This document shows positions 12,646 through 25,632 of a DNA stretch of 64,000 nt, one piece after another. The position numbers were made by a program, and so were the translations under genes. The notes below the pieces were generated by a model, which did no database searches, was not told the origin of the DNA, and worked only from the letters and a program-made list of their open reading frames with translations. The first letter of the stretch is position 1, and each line of letters starts with the position of its first letter. This stretch comes from Eledone cirrhosa (taxonomy: Eukaryota), in NCBI GenBank assembly GCA_964016885.1, contig OZ024742.1:45074001-45138000 (forward strand), given 5' to 3'.

Positions 12646-13485
12646 GTTAGTTTTAGAATTCTTTGTTTCCAAAATCTTTCTCTGTGATATGTAGATTTAA
12701 TTTGTTATCCAGTTTAACAAAACCACCTGGCCCATTGGTGTTTTTAACCAAGTCCTTTACTCTGTTGCAAGCATAACCACTACTCTTCCTTCTGTTTAAG
12801 TGATAATAACAAATAGCAACAATTATTTTTAATACAAAAGAGAAAAATTTTAGTTCCATTTTTATATTCAAAGTTTCAAATTCTTGTTCACTCTGAAGCA
12901 ATGTTTTCATCAATTTGGAAATATGGTTTGTGTCCTTGTTAAATATCCACAGATCACATCTTGACTAAGCATACCTATTATCAAAAGCAATCCATCTGGA
13001 CCATCCAATCTTTCTTTCAAGCATTTTATTTCTATGACAACATTATCCAATGCAAATTATTCCTATACTAGCTGGCCCTGTGCCATAAAAAATGACGGCT
13101 AATTGTAATTAGTGCTCACGCACACGTGATATAAACACACAAACACACAGCTGTGACAAATTTTAGAAAGCTGGATTTCTATCGATCTCACACCCCTTCC
13201 TCAGTCATCACATAGATGTGTGTGTATTAGAAACCCATTCCTTCCTCAGTCAACGTTATCACCTCTTCCTTCCTCTGTCATCTCTAGTGTGTGACAGACA
13301 AATACACAAGGCTATTAATTTAGTTGATATTTAAGGCTGTAGAATGTAATTTGTGGATAATTTGCTTGCTGTTTCTAGCAGATTTTAGTGACCATAAAGA
13401 TGTTTCCTTGTTGTTGCATATGTTTGTGTTGTATTTGTCCAGGGAATTCAATAAATTGAATGTCAGTATCTTTTGTGCTCTACAG

Positions 13486-13556
13486 TTTGTGCAGTACGAG
13501 TCATTGGAGAGAGTGAAACAGTTCAAGAATTCTTGGCCGCCAGTGATTCTCATATG
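13486..13556 (+). CDS. SNX27: SNX27-like exon, end of PX domain
   Basis: tacAG acceptor, GTAAGT donor. (V)CAVRVIGESETVQEFLAASDSHM, phase-compatible with the previous exon. Confidence 0.92.
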
Positions 13557-13837
13557 GTAAGTACTGACCAACCACAAGATTGGTTTCTTTCTGATTATTT
13601 ATACAATCAGTCTCCAGCATCTCTTCCACATCATACAATGTTTGTATCCCTTTATTCATATATCTCTCTATTTTTGTTCCTCTTTCCATCTGTCTATTTT
13701 TCTCTGTTCACCCCTCCCTCCCTCTCAACTTTCAGAAAGTGAGGCAAGCTTAGACTTATTCTTTTACAGTTCACTTTGAGTTCATTCTGTTATTTCAAAC
13801 ATAGAAGTTGCTGCTGTTTAGTCCCAGATTGGCCATT

Positions 13838-13881
13838 TGTATATATATATACAGGGAAAAGCGAACATAAAATGATGATGA

Positions 13882-13914
<33 letters not shown>

Positions 13915-13960
13915 CATGCTAGCGTGGAAGAATGGACGTAAAACAGTGATGATGATATAT
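13838..13960 (+). mobile_element. Two ultra-short RTE/SINE 3' tail insertions within a TA microsatellite
   Basis: (TA)n-cagggaaaagcgaacataaaa(tga)n-(TA)n-cccatgctagcgtggaagaatggacgtaaaacag(tga)n-(TA)n. Confidence 0.75.
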
Positions 13961-14407
13961 GTGTATTTATTATTATCATCATCCTTTTTACATCTGTTTT
14001 TCTAAAGGCAGGTCTTTTCCAGCACAGCCTCTCTCAACTTGTTATATTCTTTCTTGCCATCTCCTCTCTGAGCTTCAGTGTTTTGCATTCCACTCTCACC
14101 ACTTCTGCCTAGATCTTCTGTAGTCTTCCTCTAATGCAGATTCCATCCACTTGGATTTCATCAGCCATGCACATCACAAGCCCATACCATTGCAGTCTTC
14201 TCTCTTGTACACTACATCTGATTTCCCTTGTAGCCAGTTTTTCTCTTAGCTCATCCATGCTTTGCTATTCATGCACATTAGCATCACACATTTATTGAAG
14301 TATGCTTACTTCATTTGTTTCCAGGCATCACATCTCCTCTGTATTCACTGTCCATGTCTTACTACCATTTTGTTGTCTTGTAATGTTTAACCCTTTAGCA
14401 TTTACAC

Positions 14408-17400
14408 TTTCAAAACAATCTTCTTGTATTTTAAACTCCCATAATTCTGTCAGACCCTTGAAAACTCTTATTAAACTCTTATTACTGTTATATGGTCATT
14501 TAATTATGGTCGAATTTCTAGGATTATATTATAAAATAACCGTCTTGAACCTTCTCGAACCTTCTCGCTAATTCCCCCAGAGCCCCCCACCCCCCACCCC
14601 GTCCCCACTTGCCACCATTATTATTTGATCCAATCATAATTAAGCAGCTTATAATATGTTTCTCCTACCAATCTCTTTCACAAAACCACCACCTCGGCTA
14701 TCACTCCTTAAGTTTAGAGCTGGTTGCTTCTCGATATGCTAGATGGACTATAGAATTCTGGAGAGTCTGAAGAATCTGGACACTCAATGACAATTCCAAA
14801 GATAAAGATAAATTCACCTCATGTTGCCGGACGAGAATGCAAGGACCCCTCTTTATTTCAGCCGCGGATGACTAACATAACCCCATCTCCCTCACTCCTC
14901 CCTGCACCTCATCCTTCCCACCCACTAAACGCAATCCAAAACTTCTGAGTTGGTACCATGAATGTAGGCACCTTAAAAGGTCGCTCTAACGAGGTTGTAG
15001 AGATGCTTGAACGTAAGGAAGTTGATGTCTGCTGTATTCAAGAGACCAGGTGGAGGGATGGGTCTGCTAGATTCATTGTGGGTAAAAAACGATGTGGGAA
15101 ATGGGTGGGAAATGACAATGGGCTGGGTGGAGTAGGAGTCATGCTACCAGAAAAATGGGTAGATAAGATAAGACGTAAATAGAGTGAACGACAGAATAAT
15201 TAAAATAAGACTTGTCCTAAATAGAACTACTGTGACAATAATATCCGCATATGCACCCCAATCCGGACTGCCTGGCGTTATAAAAGACAGATTCTATGAG
15301 TCGCTAATGGTCGCTACCTCCCAAATAACCGACAGTGATTACATAATTATTGCCGGCGACCTAAATGGTCATGTTGGACAACATTGTGATGTCTATGGCG
15401 GAATCCATGGAGGCTATGGGTTTGGTACTAGAAATGAGGAAGGCTCCAGAATCCTGGAATTCTGTGACGAAAATAACCTAACTATCTGTAACACAAACTT
15501 CAAAAAACGAGACAATCACTTGATCACCTATAGATCAGGGGAACACGCCAGTCAGGTAGATTATATCCTTACCAGAAGACGTGACAGAGTGTCTGTTGTA
15601 AACACTAAATCCCTCCCCCATGAAGAATGCACCTCCCAACATAGCCTCATAGTTAGTGACCTCATAGTCGGGACGAGACGTACTCGACAACAGAGGAGGA
15701 TTACCCTAAGGAGAAGAATATGGAAGTTAAAGGACCCCACAGCCAGTAACAAATTTAAAAGCATATTACTTGATGCTTTTGACAGTAAGGAAGAGCAATT
15801 AGTCGTACAATATAGAGGAACAGTGGGAGTTCCTGAAAGCAAACCTGCTGATGGCGGCAGATGATGTCTGTGGCTGGAGCAGGCCTATAGGCAGGAGGAG
15901 AGTAACTTGGTGGTGGAACAGTAAGGTGGAGGAGTCGATCAAGGCCAAAAAGCAGGCTTGGAAAGTATGGCGGGATGGGGGAAGTAGAGAAGACTATCAA
16001 GTGGCCAGGAGAGAAGCTAGGAGACAAGTGTACTTCGCAAGAAGGGAAGCAGAGGAAAGAAAGTTCAAGCATGTTCTACAACGCGAGGACCATCACTGAC
16101 GCTGATAAGAAGGTAGCTTGGTAGTGTCACTACGAGAGGCTACTAAATGAGGAGAATAAATGGGACAAAGATAGTCTGCCTCACATTGATCCAATAGAGG
16201 GACCAGCATTGCAAGTTGAAGGTAGTATAATAAGTAAGGCAATCAAAGATATGAAGACAGGCAAGGCAGCTGGGCCTTCGGAGATAGTTGCTGAAATGGT
16301 GGGACACACTATGGTCACCCGGATAGTAAACCAAGCCATACAGAACAGGGTCATACCAAATGACTGGCGTAGCAGCAGCATCATTAACTGCTACAAGGGT
16401 AGAGGAGATGCAGTAGATAGAGGAAGCTATAGAGGCATTAAATTAATTGACCAGGTCATGAAAGTCACAGAGAAAGTTATAGCGCAACTAATCAGAGAGC
16501 GAATTGATCTAGACGAAATGCAGTTTGGGTTTGTGTCAGGTAAAAGTACCACAGATGCCCTTTTCCTTGTATGACAACTACAGAAGAAGTACGTAGCTAA
16601 AAGTAAACCCCTATATTTAGCTTTTGTTGACTTGGAGAAAGCATTTGACAGTCCCCCGTGCCATTATCTGGTAGGCCCTTAGAAAACTAGGGGTTGATGA
16701 ATGGCTTGTGAGAGCTATATAAGCCATGTATAAAGAAACAGTCAGCAAGGTTAGAATTAACAACGAATATAGTGAAGAATTTAGCATAAAAGTTTGTGTT
16801 CATCAGGGCTCTGTCCTTAGCCCCCTCCTATTTATTATTGCCCTTCAGGCTATAACAGAGGCGTTCAAGACCTGCTGCCCATGGGAACTTCTCTATGCAG
16901 ATGATCTAACGCTCATAGCTGAATCGATGGCTGAACTAGAGAAGAAATTCCAAACATGGAAGCATGGCCTAGAATCAAAAGGCCTTAAAGTTTACCTGTC
17001 TAAGACTAAAGTTCTAGTATGTAGGAAGGAAAATAGGGCACAGGTCCCCTCTGGGAAATGGCCATGCTCAGTGTGTAGGAACGGAGTAGGCAGAAATTCC
17101 ATTTTATGTCCCAAATGCTAAGTATGGGTGCATAAAAGATGTAGTGGGATCACAGGTAAGCTATCTAAGAACGTAGATTTTATATGTGGCCAGTGCTCGG
17201 GTGCAATAAGTAGCAAGCACCCACAGGATACTAGCTTCTTCTATTGCCCAGATGACTCTATAGAAATAGTGGACACCTTCCATTACCTGGGTGATAAAAT
17301 CAGCAGTGGTGGAGGGTGCTCAGAAAGTACAGTAGCCAGAGTCAGAAAGGAATGGAAAAAGTTAAGAGAACTTATATCACTATTGGCCGCTAAAGGTTTT

Positions 17401-18243
17401 TCTCTAAAAATGAAAGGCAGACTGTATGATGCCTGCATACGAACATCAATGTTACATGGCAGTGAGACCTGGGCATTGTGTGCAGAGGATCTGCGCAGAC
17501 TGGAGAGGAACGAAGAATGCATGCTCCGCTGGATGTGTAATAGTAATATACGTGAACAGCAAAGCATAAATGAACTCGGTGAGAAATTAGGTATAAGAGT
17601 GATCAGATGCTGTTTACTCGAGAGAAGACTACGTTGGTATGGTTACGTGATGCGCATGAAAGACAACAGCTGTATAAAAAGTGCAGGGCGATCAAAATTG
17701 ACGGAAGTTACGGAGTAGGCAGACCCAGAAAAACCTGGGACGATTTGATAAATCCCGACCTTACACACTTACACCTCTCTAAGACAATGTCACTGGACCG
17801 AGATCTTTGGCGCTACGCAGTAATACAGAAAACCCTACAAAGCGAAACCTACAGTTAGTAGGCACCTCTTAATCAAATATACCCCCCCCCCCCCTCTCCC
17901 ACTACCCCAACTCCCCCACCCCCATCAACACCACCCCTTTCTCTGTAAAGTTATGTTGGTACCACAACATCCAGTCTGAAACAAATGAGGTCGTGTAGGT
18001 GGTGTCATGACAAAAAAACACACAGTCCACGCTGTAATGTGGCCGTGTAGGTAACACGGTAAAAACCTCCCAGTCCACACTGTAAACGTGGTTGGTGTTA
18101 GGAAGGGCATTCAGCCATAGAAAACCCGCCAGACAGTCCCATACGAGCGAGACGACCAATCTTGCCTCAAGTGGAACAATTCCCGTCTAAACCCATGCTA
18201 GCATGGAAGATAGACGTTAAACGATGATGATGATGATGATGAT
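14408..18243 (+). mobile_element. RTE-clade LINE, near full length, decayed (APE, RT, PHD-like finger), inserted in a piggyBac-like MITE
   Basis: APE motifs (NVGTL, IQETRW, GDLNGHVG, QVDYIL), RT motifs ([16 protein letters not shown]), several stops and indels, (GAT)n tail. MITE left end at 14387-14407, remainder at 18243-18433. Confidence 0.95.
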
Positions 18244-19081
18244 TACTCTATATATACTATTGTATTTTCACTGTAAAAGCTTTACCTCACATAATTCTCA
18301 CATAGTATCGAATCTACAAGAATTTGATATTAATTTATTTTGTGAACAATACCTTACAGTTACAGCCAGTTCAAACAGAAAGTGGTGAGAAAATTCTGGC
18401 CGGATACGGCCGGTTTAAATGCTAAAGAGTTAATATATTTTGTTGCTATTCAAAAAACATTTTGTTTGTTTACCTCTATCCTATTCTGTTCACCTCTTTA
18501 TTTTTCATGTCTACCATTTTGTTCTGTATTGTCTTATTTCTCTTCCAAAGGATGGAGAATATTCCCAGTATCCTCTGACATCCTAGGGTGGACTATTAAC
18601 ATCAAGATATCAGAGGATTGGTAAAAAAAAAAATCTCCATTTTCTGGAATAGATGCACGTAAGACAATACAAACAAATTTGGTTGATATGTAGAAAATTC
18701 TCTCTCTCCCTATATATCATCATCATCATCATTTTTATGTCCGTTTTTCCCTGCTTGCAAGGGTGGGACGGGAACTGATTCTGGCTTGATTTCTACTGCT
18801 GGATGCCCTTCCTAACACCAACCTCATTTACATTGTAATCCAAACTAAAACGGCAAGGGAGCAGATAAAGATGATGTGTTTGAAGCCTTCACCCATTCCC
18901 TTGTCATTTTAGTTTGGATTGCTTTGGGAATGTAACCTTATTATGTAATGAAGCTGTCTGATGAGATCATGGCACTGGTTACGCGGAATCGCGTGGCCAC
19001 TGTCTTCATTGAAATATGTATTGCAGTCTTTTTTTTTTTTTTTTTTTTGCATCGATGTTTACCGTAAGTATGTATATATAA

Positions 19082-19348
19082 CTGTAAAGTGGTTGTGGAG
19101 GTGCCACGGCAAAAAAAGCACCCAGCCCACACTGTAAAGTGGATGTGTAGGCGCCACAGAAAAAAAGCACCCAGCACTCACTGTAAATGAGGTTGGTGTT
19201 AGGAAGGGCATCCAGCTGTAGAAATGAAGCCAGAATCAGTTCCCGTATGAGCAAGACAAGGTCAGCTGACCGGACACTGCCCACAACAGGACAACCCGTC
19301 TAACCCATGCTAGCATGGAAGAACGGACGTAAAACGGTGATGATGATG
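19082..19348 (+). mobile_element. RTE subfamily B 3'UTR fragment
   Basis: Matches the reverse complement of 40848-41110; ends in a (GAT)n tail. Confidence 0.8.
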
Positions 19349-19404
19349 AGAGAGAGTTGTGGCTGTATGTGCCTGTCCTCTTATAGCTATCTTCTTTATT
19401 GTAG

Positions 19405-19509
19405 GAAAATGGTGGTTGTAATGAAGTTGAATTGAAAGTTTCTTTACCTGATCATTCACTTTGTATTGTGACAATACGAAGGACAGATAACACAGACAAG
19501 GTTTACCAA
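19405..19509 (+). CDS. SNX27: SNX27-like exon, start of RA/FERM F1
   Basis: Polypyrimidine tract then gtAG acceptor, GTAAGT donor. ENGGCNEVELKVSLPDHSLCIVTIRRTDNTDKVYQ. Confidence 0.9.
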
Positions 19510-19622
19510 GTAAGTCTTTTCAAACTCCTTCTTTGAAATAGAATTGTTGTTTTACTGTTGATTTTATTCCGAGTCTCTTCAGTTTATCAGAACAGCATTA
19601 ATATATTCTTTCTTCTTCATAG

Positions 19623-19701
19623 GCTGTATGCAACAAATTACAGATAGATTCTACATCATCCAAGTTTTTTTATCTTTTTGAAACGGTGGACTATAATTTT
19701 G
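19623..19701 (+). CDS. SNX27: SNX27-like exon, RA/FERM F1
   Basis: catAG acceptor, GTGAGA donor. AVCNKLQIDSTSSKFFYLFETVDYNF, ends phase 1. Confidence 0.9.
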
Positions 19702-19819
19702 GTGAGATATTTATTTTATCTTTTTAAACTTGTAATTCTTTTTATTACTATTGTTTTTCATTTTAGTATTTTCTACAAACATGAGTTTTAAATGTGCTTA
19801 GTATATGACTGGATATCAT

Positions 19820-22800
19820 ATCTTAGATCTTAAAGACAATCTGGAAGAGAAGGTTATGGAAGCTGAAGAAGTCCTCAACTTTTGACAAATTCAGGGGTAT
19901 CCTGCTTAATGCTTTTGATGGTAAAGAAGAAGAGATAGGGACTTACAGCATAGAAGAGCAGTGGACCTACTGAAGGCAACAGACAAGAGAAAAGCCCCAA
20001 GAAAACAGAGGGTAACATAGTAGTGGAACAGTAGGGTGGTTCAGGAAATTATAGCTAAGAAACAGGCATGGAAAGACTGGTAGATTGAGGGAAGCAGAGA
20101 ACAATACCAAGAAACTAGGAGAGAATCTAGGTGCTAAGTACACCATGCAAAAAGTGAATCAGAAATCAAGAAGTTTGCACATGTTCTATGACATGAGGAC
20201 CAAAAGTGTGAGGTGTTCAGGGTTGCAAAGTAGTGCATCAGAGACAATCAAGAAGTTGTTTGAGAGCAGTGTGTCCAGAATATCAGTAGCACACTTGCAC
20301 TGACTAATGAGGAGAAGAACGAGGTGTGGAAGTGCCATTATGAAAGACTGTTGAATAAAGAGAATACACTCTTATTAAATGGTCAGTCGATTCTACGAAC
20401 ATGTAATGTATTATAGAACATTTTCTTCTTGTCTCCTTAAAACCTGGTTCATTCATCCATATATATCTACAATCGTTGCTATCCTTGCCCTAAATTAATC
20501 TTCTCCACGCTTGTTCTAAATAATCTCTCTCATTGCTAACTACCCCATATCCCTCCCAACCGCCCCCACTCTCCACCTTCACTATTTGGACCAATCACAA
20601 GTCAACGGCCTATGCTATCACTACTGGCTGCTTTTCGATATGATGGATGGAATAAGGAATTTCTGGAGAGTCTGAAGAATCTGGACACTCGATGACAATG
20701 CCAAAGATAATGACAAATTCACCTCATGCTGCCGGACGAAAGGGCAAGGCCCCCCCCCCTCTTTGTTTCGGCCGCGGATGGCCAACATAACCCCAAACTC
20801 ATTCCCCTCGCCCCTCCCCGCGCCCCATCCTCCAAACACAATCCAAAACTTCAGAGTTGGTACCATGAACGTAGGCACCTTAAAAGGCCGCTCTAACGAG
20901 GTTGTAGAATTGCTTGATCGTAAGGAGGTTGATGTTTGCGGTATCCAAGAGACCAGGTGGAGGGGCGGGTCTGCTAGATTCATTGTGGGTAAAAAACGTT
21001 GCTATAAGCTTTTCTGGGTGGGGAATGACAATGGGATAGGTGGGGTAGGAATCATGTTAGCAGAAAAATGGGTGGATAAGATAATAGATGTAAATAGAGT
21101 GAATGACAGAATAATTAAAATAAGACTTGTTCTAAACAGAACTACTGTGACAGTAATATCTGCATACGCGCCCCAATCCGGACTGCCTGGCGCTATAAAA
21201 GATAGATTCTATGAGACACTGATGCTCACTACCTCCCAAATAACCGACAGTGACTATATAATTATTGCTGGCGACCTAAATGGTCACGTTGGACAACATT
21301 GTGACGGCTATGACGGAATCCACGGAGGCTATGGGTTTGGTACTAGAAACGAGGAAGGCTCCAGAATCCTGGAATTCTGTGACGCAAACAACCTAACTAT
21401 CTGTAACACTAACTTCAAAAAACGAGACAATCACTTGATCACCTACAGATCAGGAGAACATACCAGCCAGGTAGATTATATCCTTACCAGAAGACGTGAC
21501 AGAGTGTCTGTTGTAAACACTAAATCCCTCCCCCATGAAGAATGCACCTCCCAACATAGACTGATAATTAGCGACCTCATAGTCAGGACGAGACGTACTA
21601 GACAGCAGAAGAGGACTATCCTCAGGAGAAAAATATGGAAGCTAAAGGATCCCACAGCCAGAAATAAATTTCAAAGCATATTACTTGATGCTTTCGACAG
21701 TAAGGAAGAGCAATTAGTCGTACAAGGTAGAGGAACAGTGGGAATTCCTGAAAGCAAACCTGCTGATGGCGGCAGACGAAGTCTGTGGCTGGAGCAGGCC
21801 TGTAGGCAGGAGGAGAGTAACATGGTGGTGGAACAGTAAGGTGGAGGGGTCAATCAAGGCCAAAAAGCAGGCTTGGAAAGCATGGCGGGATGGGGGAAGT
21901 AGAGAAGACTGTCAAGTGGCCAGGAGAGAAGCTAGGAGACAAGTGTACTTCGCAAGAAGGGAAGCAGAGGAAAGAAAGTTCAAGCATGTTCTACAACGCG
22001 AGGACCAAAAACGTGAGGTGTTCAGGATTGCTAGGCAATGTGTCAAGGAAAACCGTGATATTGTCGGGGAGAAGTGTGTACTTAACGATGATGGCGTACT
22101 TGCCATCACTGACGCTGATAAGAAGGTAGCTTGGAAGTGTCACTACGAAAGGCTACTAAATGAGGAGAATAAATGGGAGAAAGACAGTCTCCCCCACATC
22201 GACCCAATAGAAGGACCAGCAGTGTTAGTCGAAGGTAGTATAATAAGTAAGGCAATCAAAGATATGAAGACGGGTAAGGCGGCGGGGCCTTCGGAAATAG
22301 TTGCTGAGATGCTGAAAGCCTTCGGTACGGTGGGACACACCATGGTCACCCGGATAGTAAACCAAGTCATACAGAATGGGGTTGTTCCGAAGGACTGGCG
22401 TAGCAGCATCATCGTTAACTGTTACAAGGGTAAAGGAGACGCCCTAGATAGGAGTAACTATAGAGGCATTAAATTAATCGACCAGGTCATGAAGGTCACG
22501 GAAAAAGTAATAGCGCAACTAATCAGAGAGAGAATTGATCTAGATGAAATGCAGTTCGGGTTTGTGTCAGGCAAAAGTACCACAGACGCTCTTTTCATTG
22601 TACGACAACTACAGGAGAAGTACCTAGCTAAAAGTAAACCCCTATACTTAGCTTTTGTCGACTTGGAGAAAGCCTTCGACAGAGTCCCCCGTTCCATTAT
22701 CTGGTGGGCTCTTAGAAAACTAGGTGTTGACGAATGGCTTGTGAGAGCTATACAAGCCATGTATAAAGAAACAGTCAGCAAGGTTAGAATTAACAACGAA

Positions 22801-24650
22801 TATAGTGAAGAGTTTAGCGTAAAAGTTGGTGTCCATCAGGGCTCTGTTCTTAGCCCCCTACTATTTATTATTGCCCTTCAGGCTATAACAGAGGAGTTCA
22901 AGACCGGCTGCCCATGGGAACTCCTATACGCAGATGATCTAACGCTCATAGCTGAATCAATGGCTGAGCTAGAGAAGAAATTCCAAACATGGAAGCACGG
23001 CCTAGAATCAAAAGGCCTTAAAATTAACCTGGCTAAGACTAAAGTTCTAGTTTGTAGGAAAGAAAATAAGGCGGCGGTCCCTTCTGGGAAATGGCCATGC
23101 TCAGTGTGTAGGAAAGACGTAGGTAGAAACTCCATTTTATGTCCCAAATGCAAAGTATGGGTGCATAAAAGATGTAGTGGGATCACAGGTAAGCTAACTA
23201 AGAACACAGATTTTACATGTGGCCGGTGCTCTGGTGCAATAAGTAGCAGCAAGTGCCCACAGAATACTAGCTCTTTCAATTGCGCAGAGGGTTCTATAGA
23301 AATAGTGGACAGCTTCCGTTACCTGGGTGACAAAATCAGCAGTGGGGGAGGGTGCTCTGAAAGTACAGTAGCTAGAGTCAGAACTGGATGGAAAAAGTTC
23401 AGAGAGCTTATACCACTATTAGCCGCTAAAGGGTTCTCCCTAAAAATGAAAGGCAGGTTGTATGATGACTGCATACGAACAGCAATGTTGCATGGCAGTG
23501 AGACCTGGGCATTGTGTGCAGAGGATATACGCAGACTAGAGAGGAACGAAGCTTGCATGCTCCGCTGGATGTGTAATAGTAATATACGTGAACGGCAAAG
23601 CATAAACGAACTAAGGGAAAAATTAGAAATAAGAGGGATCAGATGTTGTTTACTCGAGAGAAGGCTACGTTGCTATGGTCACGTGATGCGCATGAAAGAC
23701 GAGAGCTGTATAACAAAGTGCAGGGCAATAAAGATAGATGGTAGCCACGGAGTAGGCAGACCCAGAAAAACCTGGGACGAGCTGATAAATTCCAACCTCA
23801 CACACTTACACCTCTCCAAGACAATGTCACTGGACCGAGACCTTTGGCGGTACTCAGTAACAGAGAAGACCCGCCTTACCTAAATACAAAGTAAAACCTA
23901 CTATAGTCAGTAGGCATCTCTAACAAAATACACCCCCGTCCCACCACCCCACCCCATCCACACCGCCCCTTTCAATGCAAAGTTATGTTGGTCCCACAAC
24001 ATCCAGGCCGAAACAAATGAGATTGTGTAGGTGTCACGACAAAAAACACACAGTTCACGCTGTAATGTGGCCGTGTAGGCAACACGGTAAAAACCTCCCA
24101 GTCCCACACTGTAAATGTGGTTGGTGTTAGGAAGGGCATCCAGCTGTAGAAAACCCGCCAGACAGTCCACGCTGTAATGTGGCCGTGTAGGCAACACAGT
24201 AAAAACCTCCCAGCCCCACACTGTAAATGTGGTTGGTGTTAGGAAGGGCATCCAGCTGTAGAAAATCCGCCAGACAGTCCTATGCGAGCAAGACAACCAC
24301 TCTTGCCTCAAGTGGGAAAACCCCCGTCCAAACCCATGCAAGCGTGGAACATGGACGTTAAACGATGATGATGATGATGACATGGGCAGAAGATAGTTTT
24401 CCCAAATAGACCCAACAGAGGGACCAGCCATCCAGGTTAATAGCAATGTGGTAAAGTAAGGCAATTAAGGATATGAAGACAGGCAAAACAACTGGATCAT
24501 CAGGAATAGTTGCTGAAATCATCTGGGATGGTGGGTTACCCATTAACCATATATATTGTTAATCAGATAATACAGGGTGGTGGTCATATCCAATGAATGA
24601 TGTAGCAGCATCATTGTCAACTGCTATAAAGATATAGAAGATGCACTAGA
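19820..24650 (+). mobile_element. Old RTE remnant (19820-20366 and 24380-24650) split by a younger RTE insertion
   Basis: [14 protein letters not shown] before the insertion continues as [22 protein letters not shown] after it. Confidence 0.8.
20367..24379 (+). mobile_element. RTE-clade LINE, near full length; APE ORF 20763-21839 and RT ORF 21766-23883 in the +1 frame
   Basis: Uninterrupted APE and RT ORFs, YADD motif, C4HC3 finger, GRPRKTW C-terminus, (GAT)n tail. Confidence 0.97.
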
Positions 24651-25510
24651 CTTGCTGTACTACAGAAGATTCACCTCCCTACACAAGCGGGATGAAACAC
24701 AAAGAGAGGGCTAGACAGACCCAACCCTCCACTTCACCTTTATCACTTTACTCCCCCACACCCCAAATGCCCTTCCATTCACGTTCTTACCCCTCTCCTC
24801 ATGCCTCTCATCTGACATATGCCAGCACAAAAAAAGAGCAGTGTCCTCGCCAATATTGTGTTCCATCCAACCCTGCTACATCTCCAATTCATGTACCCTG
24901 CACAACTCATGTTAATATGGAAGAAAGATGTGCTCCCTACTCCCACCTGATTTAGTGTGCTAAAGAAAAGGAGAATCGGACAAATACAGAGGAAGCCACT
25001 GAGTGACAATGAAGAAAATAAAAGCAGTTACACATACCTGATTTACTCCCTTCTCAAACCAATGCCAGTATGGAAAGCCAAGTAAGCATCATAGTTTAAT
25101 GCCAGGCATAACTCACTCTCTCCCAGGCTACACACATGACTTAACACATCCTCTCCCACGTCAGTGTGCCCCCCCCCCCTCCTCCATTAATGCTTCTCCA
25201 CTGATAGTGTCACAATAAAAATGCATCTAGCCCACTCTGTAAAGTGGTAGAGCTGGTGCCACGACAAAAGCATCCAGTCTACCTTGTAAAGTGGCAGTGC
25301 CAGAGTCAAAATAAAATGTTTCCAGTACATGCCGTAAAGTTGTTGGTGTTAGGAAGGACATCTAGCTGTAGAAGCCAACACAAAAATGGAACGTATGAGC
25401 AAGACTAGTCTAGCTGCAGAACATGACTTAATGTTTATTTTTCATGCAAACATGGAAAATAGGCATTGAATGATGGTGATGATGATGATGAATCAGATGC
25501 CTAAATGTGA

Positions 25511-25632
25511 AGGCGTGTAGCTTAGTGGTTAGAGAGCGAGCTGGATTCGCAGTCATGAGTTGCGAGTTCAATTCTTGGACCAGGTGATGCGTTGTATCTT
25601 TGAGCAAGACACTTTATTTCACGTTGCTCCTT
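25511..25632 (+). mobile_element. tRNA-derived SINE head
   Basis: ggcgtgtagcttagtggttagag...gagttcaattctt...tgagcaagacactttatttcacgttgctcc. Confidence 0.75.

Noticed and set aside
22143-23603. Antisense ORFs overlapping RTE and CR1 RT regions, recurring in each copy
   Set aside because: Short shadow ORFs of the coding strand. They recur only because the copies are near-identical and contain no recognisable motifs.
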